DNA of 44,218 nt, taken from Deinococcota bacterium. Lineage in GTDB: Bacteria > Deinococcota > Deinococci > Deinococcales > Trueperaceae. The stretch is taken from NCBI GenBank assembly GCA_039034155.1, contig JBCCBI010000001.1:1-44218 (forward strand), read 5' to 3'. Under the pieces are notes generated by a model. The model made no database searches and was not told the DNA's origin. It was given only the letters and a program-made list of their open reading frames with translations. The position numbers and the translations under genes are program-made. The first letter of the stretch is position 1, and every line of letters starts with the position of its first letter. Positions 9,108 to 17,506 of this stretch are shown here, in pieces.

Positions 9108-11082
9108 TTGAATAGCTTATGGAATGACAGTGACGCCCAAGCCTTGGCAGACGATCCGCTTGCACTTAGGGTGTATAGCTCGAGACTCCTCGGTCAAAAC
9201 CCCGACTTAGTGCTGCACGGTGGCGGCAACACCAGCGTCAAGGCCCACACGACAGATTTTTTTGGCGATGACGTGCACGTGCTGTACGTTAAGGGCAGCG
9301 GTTGGGATTTAGCCACTATTGAAGCAGCGGGGTTTGCGCCTGTGCGCATGGACGTGCTCACGCGGCTAGCCACTTACAACAGCCTGAGTGATAGCGATAT
9401 CGTTACCCAGCAGCGACTTGGTCTCCTTGACCCCGCTGCCCCCAATCCCTCAGTTGAGGCTATTTTGCACGCGATCATTCCCCACATTTACGTTGACCAC
9501 ACTCATGCTGATGCCGTCGTGACGCTTACCAACACGCCCAACGCCGAGGCACTTGTTCAAGAAGTCTACGGCGATGATGTGTTGGTTGTGCCCTACGTGA
9601 TGCCGGGGTTTACGCTGGCGCGCACAGTCTACACGATGACGCGAGATATTGATTGGACGAGCATTCAAGGAATTCTGCTGCTCAATCATGGGCTATTTAC
9701 CTTTGCAGATGATGCCAAAGCTAGTTACGAGATGATGATTGAGTTAGTGAGTCGGGCTGAGGCGTACCTCGAGCAACACACCCAACTTGCCAAGGAGAGC
9801 ATTAGTAACCTGGATGATGACCACTACAAACTCATCGCTAGCTTGCGGCAAGAAGCATCACGTGTTGCGGATAAACCACTTGTGGCCTGCTTGGACAATT
9901 CTGGTGACGCATTAAATTTGGCGCAGCATTCCAATGTTAAGGAGGTGGCGGCCCGAGGTCCCCTCACTCCCGACCACGTCATCCGCACCAAACTTGTACC
10001 ACTCGTTCACGACATCAGCCAAGACCCTAAGGCGAACCTCAACACCTACGCAGCCAACTATCAAGCCTACTTTGAACGCCATCAAACCGGGCAAACCATG
10101 CTCGACCCCCGCCCCGCGCTGGCTTGTTTTGCCAGAGATTGGCTCACTCTGTCTTGGCGAAAGTGCTAAAGCTGCAACCATCGTTAAAGACATCGCAGAA
10201 CACACCGCCAAAAGCATCCTGCAAGCTGAACAACTCGGTGGTTGGCAAGCGCTACCCGAATCAGATTTGTTTGATATGGAGTACTGGGAATTAGAGCAAG
10301 CTAAACTCAAACGCGCCAAAGCTTCGCCATCGTTCAGCGGGCAGGTTGTCTTGGTCACAGGTGCTTTAAGTGGCATTGGTCGCGCCTGTGCTGAGCACTT
10401 TTACGCGCAAGGTGCTGCGGTGGTTGCCTTGGATATTAGCCCAGACATTACCAGCCTCAGCAAATCGGGATTCCTCGGTGTTGTGTGTGATGTCACTGAC
10501 GCGCGTGCCTTGCAAGATGCTGTGCAGCAAGCTGTAACTGCGTTTGGTGGGCTTGATATTGTTGTTAGCAACGCGGGTATTTTTCCGCCAAGTCAGCGTT
10601 TGGATGTACTCGAGGACAGCCATTTCCAGCGCAGTCTAGCCATTAACTTGGATTCCCACCGTAAAGTCTTACAAGCGTGTTTGCCGTATCTGGAACGCGG
10701 CATCAAGCCAGCCGTTATTTTGATGGCCTCCAAAAATGTGCCTGCACCAGGACCGGGAGCGGCAGCGTATTCGGTTGCGAAAGCTGGCCTGACCCAACTA
10801 GGCCGCGTAGCTGCTTTAGAACTTGCGCCCAAAGGCATTCGCGTGAACATGCTTCATCCAGATGCCGTCTACGACACAGCCTTTTGGACAGAGGAAACCT
10901 TACAACAACGGGCGAGTAGCTACGGGATCAGCGTGGAGCAGTACAAACGCAAAAGCCTGTTAGGGGTTGAACTTACATCTCATGATATTGCCTTGGCAGC
11001 GGCGGCACTTGCAGGGGATAGCTTTGCTAAAACGACGGGCGCGCAGATGCCGCTGGATGGCGGGAATAACCGGGTTATTTAA
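9108..11082 (+). pseudogene. Bifunctional class II aldolase / short-chain dehydrogenase (RhaEW/YuxG type), interrupted by a frameshift
   Basis: The N-terminal part lies in frame 9108..10169 (TTG start after AGGAG; LVLHGGGNTSVK aldolase motif). The SDR part lies in the frame of ORF 9934..11082 (VTGALSGIGRA Rossmann motif, YSVAK catalytic motif). Homology continuity (MLDPRP then RWLVLPEIG) places the frame change at 10107-10116, in the run GACCCCCGCCCCG. Confidence 0.75.
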
Positions 11083-11314
11083 TTGGTCTTTATTAGCCTA
11101 GTTTATGACAGCCTAGATACCACAGGTATCTACGAAAGTGGCAAGCGAAGTTGTGGAGGTGTTTGAAACGTAGATTATGAGGATGGATCCAAAAAGTAAG
11201 GGGTAATTGAAGCCAAAGAGAATGTCTCTTGGCTTTGTCTCAGCAATCTGCCTGCTCTGAGAGCGTGAATTATCATAATCTTGAACAGTGAATCATATAG
11301 TTGACTTGAAAGTG

Positions 11315-11629
11315 CTAAATCTTTGAAGTAAGTAATATAAAAAGTATCCCAATAGCATAAATGATGCCGAATGAGATAAAGGCCTCTAGTATGCCGCATT
11401 CAGAGGTTTGTTCTCTACGCTTCAAAAAGATAAAAAATGCGTTGTATCTTGGTCTCATTAAGATTTGATTAAGAAAAAGTATGAGGATTAGAGCATACTG
11501 GACTGTATATGTATACCTACTCCAGCTTAGTGGTAGATTTACAAAAGATAAAAATAGTAGAACAACTACTATAGATCGTCCTATTTTGTATTTTACATAC
11601 ATATGGATTGATGATTCACCCTTCTTCAT
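11315..11629 (-). CDS. Hypothetical small membrane protein (about 104 aa from Met25 of the ORF)
   Basis: Three hydrophobic helices are predicted by eye. It lies immediately downstream of the giant surface protein gene. The DNA is very AT-rich and there is no clear SD, so this may be a chance ORF. Confidence 0.25.
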   Translation of the reverse strand: MKKGESSIHMYVKYKIGRSIVVVLLFLSFVNLPLSWSRYTYTVQYALILILFLNQILMRPRYNAFFIFLKRREQTSECGILEAFISFGIIYAIGILFILLTSKI

Positions 11630-11771
11630 TTGTAAAGCACCTGCAGAGGTGGCTTTAGATAAACCACTAAATGCGTGTTGGGCACAGTGTCTACCCAACA
11701 CGCATTTGAGTTAATCGCAAGACGTTGTTAATTGGTGATCAAAATTATTCTTCTAGTACAACTTTCTCGAC

Positions 11772-13364
11772 TTACCAGTCGAAACATGGATACAGTGGAA
11801 TCTTGACGACCTCTTGTACTACATCAATGTCTATGTCCTCCACCCTGTAGAAGTATCTATCAGGTATAGCCAAGATAGCACGGGGTGCCGCTTGGTTAAG
11901 CTCATCATAGGCGGCAATTAGGTTTTCGAGTGGTTCGTTGTAAGAACCAACTGAAGTCCCTGAAAAAACGCTCTTGATAATTCTTATGTTGCTCAAAGGT
12001 AAGCGTGGTTCTATGTAAGCTATGATGCCTATGCCCGCTTCACTGAGAGAGCTTCTTGTCCTAGACATGCATCTTTCAAATTGCCTTTTCTCATTTTGTA
12101 GACCACGCCATGCAACTGTTGCATTTAGCGACAAGGCAGTAGACGTGACTAATGCTGTATTTGCACACGCAAGATGTGCTGCTGTTACTACTGTACTACC
12201 CACAGGAATCAGTGTTTTTGCAAAGCAAGTACCATATTCGTAAACGGACACTGCAAAAGCACTTGCGGCAGCTACCCTATAGCTAATTTGCGCTTGTACA
12301 AGGTCTTCCATCTCGTCTTCACAAAGGACCACTAATGTTTCAAAAGTATCGTTGTTACATCCACGAGACTGGGTTGTGATTCTTAAATTGCTAGGATCGG
12401 GTATTTCTGCAAGCGGGTGTTCATAAAGGCTTAGTAGCTCACTACTAAACTGATCTAAGCTTGCCACATCACTCGTTAGGTAAGAAGATATATCTCTAAG
12501 AAAAATACTTCTTCCTTCTAAAAAATTTGATGCAACGAGAACATTCTCTTCAAAGTCGAACATGTAGTACACAGCACCCAGAAGTTCATTTCCTTCAACT
12601 AAAGCGTATGTGATACTGTTATCGTATTGGTTGGCTAGTAGCATCAGGACAGTATCATGGAGAACAACTGCCTGCATATCATTTGGATCAAAGGATCTGT
12701 TAAGTCCGACCACTTCAGGAGTACTTATGAAAACATCAAATGCTGCTTGTACTTGTGGGTTAGAGTAGTAGGCTACAAACCCTGCCTCAAGTGCTTCTAC
12801 AGTTACAGTTTGGTTGGTTGTAGATTCACCATCACTAATAGTTAAATCAATGGTGTAAGTACCAGCCGTACCATACTCATAAGTTACTTCGTTAACGGCA
12901 CGACAATCATTGATGGTCTCATTGGGCAGCCCATTACCCCAATCAATCTCACACGTAAGCCCTAAACTATCCACATCACTCACTTGCCAAGACAGGGTAA
13001 GCGTTCTACCGATGTCAAGACGTGTTTGATCAACGCTAAATGACTCAATCACAGGTGCAGCGTTTTCTAACACCGTGAAACTCACAGGCGCACTTTCTTG
13101 CCCTGCGGTCACAGCCACCACATCCACTTGACCCGTACTTCCCTCTGGCACCACAAAGCTAAGCTCGCTAGCACTGCTCACCGTAAAGTCAGCGGCTTGC
13201 CCGCCCACACGAACTTCATCAACATCTGCCAAATACGACCCGCGTAGGGTAATTGTGTCCCCTGCAAAACCTTCGGTGGGGTCTAGACTGTCTACAACAG
13301 GTGCGCGTGTGCCTAGGTGGGTAAATTGTCTAGGTGCTCTTTCTTGTCCTAGGGCAGCCGCCAC
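11772..13364 (-). CDS. Distal part of the giant surface protein (IPT/TIG, PKD-like, about 340 aa unknown C-terminal module), in frame with the upstream ORF
   Basis: It shares the reading frame of 13461..16829 and is separated from it only by TAA at 13461-13463. The in-frame sequence between the stop and Met (13365-13460) continues the interrupted IPT repeat. There is no signal peptide or RBS of its own. Confidence 0.6.
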   Translation of the reverse strand: MAAALGQERAPRQFTHLGTRAPVVDSLDPTEGFAGDTITLRGSYLADVDEVRVGGQAADFTVSSASELSFVVPEGSTGQVDVVAVTAGQESAPVSFTVLENAAPVIESFSVDQTRLDIGRTLTLSWQVSDVDSLGLTCEIDWGNGLPNETINDCRAVNEVTYEYGTAGTYTIDLTISDGESTTNQTVTVEALEAGFVAYYSNPQVQAAFDVFISTPEVVGLNRSFDPNDMQAVVLHDTVLMLLANQYDNSITYALVEGNELLGAVYYMFDFEENVLVASNFLEGRSIFLRDISSYLTSDVASLDQFSSELLSLYEHPLAEIPDPSNLRITTQSRGCNNDTFETLVVLCEDEMEDLVQAQISYRVAAASAFAVSVYEYGTCFAKTLIPVGSTVVTAAHLACANTALVTSTALSLNATVAWRGLQNEKRQFERCMSRTRSSLSEAGIGIIAYIEPRLPLSNIRIIKSVFSGTSVGSYNEPLENLIAAYDELNQAAPRAILAIPDRYFYRVEDIDIDVVQEVVKIPLYPCFDW

Positions 13365-13460
13365 AACGTCTGTAGGGCCCGCACTACCACTGGGTACGGT
13401 GAAGCTAATCTCGTTGCTTGTGTTGATGGTGAAATCAGCAATTTGCCCACCTACACGAAT

Positions 13461-16400
13461 TTAGTCAACATCTTCTAAAGAAGAGCCACGCATAGTGATG
13501 ACGTCCCCTGCAAAACCTTCAGTAGGAGACAGGGTGCGCACAACAGGAATGCTGACATAACGGTAAACAGCACGGACACTGTCGCCCCCTGCTGGCACAT
13601 TGACGATTACATTGTCAGTACCACTGCCAGCAGGCGCTGTTGTGGTGATTTGGGTATCACTGTCAACAGTAAAGGGAACTTCTTGGCCGTCGAACTTAAC
13701 GGTCTCTGCACCTGTAAAGTGTTGCCCACTAAGCACGACAGTGTTACCACCTGCTAGAGGACCTTTGTCGGGTGTAAGGGCTTCGATAACAGGTTGGGGT
13801 ACAGCACGATTAAGTGTAATACGAACTGAATCACTGTTACGAATGCCATTTTCGTCCGTAACACGAAGACCTGTAAGGGTATTAGGTATGTACCGAGTGA
13901 ATGTATGGGTTTGTGAGGTTACAGCGCGGCAGTCATCAAACTCGTACTTGACTTGATCGTTAGTTGTGAGTTCACAACTAATCGCATCACCTGCAAGATC
14001 ATCCACTTGCCATGTGTAAGTAACAGTCTCTCCCACGACGGGCCTTGTGTTATCTGCAGTAAGGGTAACGGTAGGGGTGTATTCGGGAATGTAAGTGAAA
14101 TCAACAGGATCACTTGTACCAAATGGTGTAGTGATGGTTATCGGTTGGATTCCCGCGTTGCTTGTATTAGTCGTTGGCAATCTAAACGTGATCTCATCAC
14201 TAAAATTGTCTTCACCAAAACCACTTGCAAATCTACTGCTAGAGCTTGTTTTACCAACTAGATCAACACGCCACCAGCTAAACAAGTTTTCACCTGCTAG
14301 TTGAATTGGCATAGCACTTCCACTTGTCTGGGTGGGACCTGAAGCAGGATTCAGTGAGGTAATGCTAGGTGGTCCTGGAATAGCAGGTTCAACATCAAAA
14401 GGAATATCAACGGTTTCGCTCACGACACTGCCGTCAACTTCAACTCGAGCTGTACCTTGGAGTGTGTAGCTACCTGCACCGGGTAATTCAGTATCGAACG
14501 ATAGGGTTGTAGCGAGGGGTGTACCATCTGCAACAAGCTCGTTAGCAAGGGTATTAAAAATAGCGTCAAAGCCACCAGGCTCGTTAAGTTCGGTAAACAA
14601 GCCGCCTGTAGAACAAGCTAGCCACTGTAAGTACTGAGCATAAACACTTCCTCGGGTTAGGCCAATGCCTATTGAAAAGGCTTTGATGCCCTGTTCTTGG
14701 AGTTGCTCGAGTGCAGGTGAAAAACTCAAACTGTCACCTACAGTTTGACCGTCTGTAATTGTAACGATTGCTTTAGTTGGATTAGTGCTGTCAGCAAAAA
14801 GATCAATAGAACGAATCAGAGAACTGTAGACATTGCTGGCTCCTCTGGGAAAGCGTCCATCTAAAACAGAATTTAACGCGGCTTTATCACTTGTAAAAGG
14901 TTGGATCAGCCTATATCTATTAGGGGTTAAGAATGAGCGGGGATTTACACCTATCACGGCAATTGCAGCTTCATCCCCAGGACGCAAACGCTCCACCAGT
15001 GCTTTGGCAGCCTCAAACCGCTGACCATCACGATCAAATCTTGTCACACTGCTACTTTGATCTAACAAAATCACAATACTGGCAGATTTGTCATCGCCAC
15101 TAGACGTGAGTACACTGTCTACACTCAGGCTGGCTGTGGTAAGTTCAGTCCCATCTTCAGCCACAACCCGTAAATCACTAAAAGCAAGAGATAACGGATC
15201 AATTTCACCATTTACAAAGTTGCCATCATCATCTTGAAATAGCAAGTTGGCATTAAACGCCCCGCCTAATGGGTTAAGCTCGCAGGTAGCAGAACCTGTC
15301 ACCGTTAAAAAGCGGTTTGGTGGTGGCGTGATAATCGTGACGCGCGCACTTAGGGTTGTCGTTTCACCCGACGCATCGGTTACGCTAGCACTCACCGACC
15401 CTGTGCTTTCAGGTAGATTCACCATGATGCTTGCACCTGTACCTAGGCTAATAGCGTCACCCATATCAGGCGTGTACGTCCAAACAATTTGACTAGCAAT
15501 GTCACCGTCTTCGGCATCGCTTGCGGTCGCGCTTAAGGTGATGTCATCATTGGCGCTGTACAAGGCATCTTCTTGCGGAGAGACAAGCTCGAGAACAGGT
15601 GCTGTGTTGCCACCAGTTGCGTTGTCAAAGACTGTGTAGAACGTCGAAGTCACTAGGCTGTACTGCCCACTAGCAGCTTCAAACCTAAGTCCGTTGGTAC
15701 CTTCAGGAAATACCACGTTCATACTGTCTGTAACATTTTTGTCGGCAGGCGTTGTTAACGATAGGGTGCGTGTTTCAAGTACTATGCCCTCACCTAAAAA
15801 GCTAATCACAGCCTCAAAAGCAGCACCTTTACCAGAGCGGAATTTGAGGTTAGCATCTGTAAACGCATGTGGGAAGCTTAGGGTCAAAGACTCATCACCA
15901 TCAATGAGCTTGCGCTGGGAACCATTATCGCCATCACCCTTAACGCCATAACCTTCACCACCACCAACTTCAAGCACGCCACCTGCAGCCTCAACACTTA
16001 CTACAGTCATATCGACTGAGGTTAATCCCGAAGCCCCACTTTGCTCATCTGTGCCTGTCGTATCAGCCACGTTGACCCAAGCTACGCGTGCGCGTCTGTG
16101 GTTATGTCTGAGCTGAAGTTCCCCACGGTAGGGAGTTAACGGACCTGCAGCTGCATCACTAAGCGTAACCGTGGTAAGGGTACTTTCCCGCACGCCAAAA
16201 CGACTGCCTCTGGGGGCACGGAAGCTCAACTGATCAGCAGGCTCACTAAACGTCACCTCAACACGCTCCGAGGTAGATTGTCCAGCGCCCACTGTCACTG
16301 TTAGTGTTTGGCTGTCTACAATCACGCCGTTTTTCTTAGCGTCTATGATGACAGTTTGGGTGCTATCTTGGGGCAAGCGGAACTGGAGCAACGCACTTTG

Positions 16401-16829
16401 AATGCCAACAGGTACGCCTGCAGGAACATTCAAGTACAAAACCTCAGCACCGTTGACCATTTTGCGCCCATTGCCATCTAGCGGGCTTGTCACACCGTAG
16501 CCTTCACCTGCACCCACTTCCATAACACCACCAAGAGGCGCAAATTCTAGGACAGGGAAGCTTAGTAAGCTTTGCCCACTGGCAGGTTTAATGCGCTCAT
16601 CCCCACTGGTACCATTTACATCCGTCCAGATAAGACGAGCATCACTATGACGGTGAAGCAACCGGATGCTACCTGTGGGTTCTGCCTGGGTAGCAAGTTC
16701 AGGGTCAGGACCTTCAGCACTGCGACATGCAAGCAGCATAAAGGCTAACGCAAGCACCCAGACTGTGGCTCGCAGCACACGTTCTAGGGACGGTGAATGA
16801 GACGTTGACGTCGACGAATGAATAGTCAT
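13461..16829 (-). CDS. Large surface lipoprotein with two N-terminal repeat domains, an Ig/PKD-like domain, a VWA domain and IPT/TIG domains
   Basis: The likely start is Met65 of the ORF (ATG at 16829, GAAAGGA upstream). It gives a signal peptide with the lipobox LLAC. The VWA MIDAS motif DQSSS lies at 15048-15062, followed by a TDG motif. IPT/TIG repeats follow the pattern P.V..L.P..G...G...V.L.G..F. Confidence 0.8.
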   Translation of the reverse strand: MTIHSSTSTSHSPSLERVLRATVWVLALAFMLLACRSAEGPDPELATQAEPTGSIRLLHRHSDARLIWTDVNGTSGDERIKPASGQSLLSFPVLEFAPLGGVMEVGAGEGYGVTSPLDGNGRKMVNGAEVLYLNVPAGVPVGIQSALLQFRLPQDSTQTVIIDAKKNGVIVDSQTLTVTVGAGQSTSERVEVTFSEPADQLSFRAPRGSRFGVRESTLTTVTLSDAAAGPLTPYRGELQLRHNHRRARVAWVNVADTTGTDEQSGASGLTSVDMTVVSVEAAGGVLEVGGGEGYGVKGDGDNGSQRKLIDGDESLTLSFPHAFTDANLKFRSGKGAAFEAVISFLGEGIVLETRTLSLTTPADKNVTDSMNVVFPEGTNGLRFEAASGQYSLVTSTFYTVFDNATGGNTAPVLELVSPQEDALYSANDDITLSATASDAEDGDIASQIVWTYTPDMGDAISLGTGASIMVNLPESTGSVSASVTDASGETTTLSARVTIITPPPNRFLTVTGSATCELNPLGGAFNANLLFQDDDGNFVNGEIDPLSLAFSDLRVVAEDGTELTTASLSVDSVLTSSGDDKSASIVILLDQSSSVTRFDRDGQRFEAAKALVERLRPGDEAAIAVIGVNPRSFLTPNRYRLIQPFTSDKAALNSVLDGRFPRGASNVYSSLIRSIDLFADSTNPTKAIVTITDGQTVGDSLSFSPALEQLQEQGIKAFSIGIGLTRGSVYAQYLQWLACSTGGLFTELNEPGGFDAIFNTLANELVADGTPLATTLSFDTELPGAGSYTLQGTARVEVDGSVVSETVDIPFDVEPAIPGPPSITSLNPASGPTQTSGSAMPIQLAGENLFSWWRVDLVGKTSSSSRFASGFGEDNFSDEITFRLPTTNTSNAGIQPITITTPFGTSDPVDFTYIPEYTPTVTLTADNTRPVVGETVTYTWQVDDLAGDAISCELTTNDQVKYEFDDCRAVTSQTHTFTRYIPNTLTGLRVTDENGIRNSDSVRITLNRAVPQPVIEALTPDKGPLAGGNTVVLSGQHFTGAETVKFDGQEVPFTVDSDTQITTTAPAGSGTDNVIVNVPAGGDSVRAVYRYVSIPVVRTLSPTEGFAGDVITMRGSSLEDVD

Positions 16830-17506
16830 AGATGTCCTTTCAAAGACAAAGTAGAGATAGAGACGAAAGACCTCATAACCACATATATGCAGCAAAGATG
16901 CGCAAGGAGACATCACAACGCATGACGGCATAACCCTAGGACAGGCCCAGAGATATGACGATAGTGGCGACGTCACAAAGCAATCAGGTTGTGATGAAAA
17001 AGGCTTGTTAGTGCAAGCCAAATTTCTTAACTATCTTTGCTACTCACTCAACTAATGAGTATCTAAGATAATCATAAGAATCACTACAAAGCGCTACAAT
17101 TAAAAATTGTCAAACGGAACACAAACATAAAAGGGAAATTATAATAAATGAATTCCATAAGCCAAGTCAAGACATATGACCATGCGACCTTAGCGATAGA
17201 CAACGAGAGTGATAGCGAATCAACAACAGGGTTTAAAGTAGGAAATACATATAACGTGTAGGCTGTGATTAAATTTAGGCACTTAAAGAGTGAAATGTAA
17301 TCTACACTAATGATATCTACCTAAAATACATGTCCAAATGACAAAAAATTGATCGAAAAACACAACAACATTTTTAAGATTAAAGCATGTTTATGAAAAA
17401 TGAAAATGTGAATTAAAATTGAAGAAAAGTAGTCAAAGTAACTTTTCATTGAGTCTAGTAAAAGACCTAATGAACTTTACAAATGTTTATTATGCGTTTT
17501 GTCAAG

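Noticed and set aside
11175-11714. Additional small ORFs in the AT-rich stretch after the giant gene (11175..11399 minus strand, 11481..11714 plus strand).
   Set aside because: They are mutually overlapping, low-complexity translations typical of AT-rich DNA. Only the hydrophobic 11315..11629 reading is kept, at low confidence.
13461-13463. The idea that TAA is reassigned or recoded in this organism, which would make the giant gene intact.
   Set aside because: TAA clearly terminates other well-conserved genes in the window at their expected ends (ndk, E1 beta, the M23 peptidase, acnA). A global reassignment is therefore not supported. Local readthrough remains only a minor possibility.
16830-17021. 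N-terminal extensions in the ORF track. They affect the giant lipoprotein (17021), the amylase (25869), gnd (42513) and DUF2330 paralog 1 (19084).
   Set aside because: In each case an internal ATG preceded by a GGAG-type SD gives a canonical N-terminus, either a signal peptide/lipobox or the conserved Gnd N-terminus. The extensions are Cys-rich nonsense.
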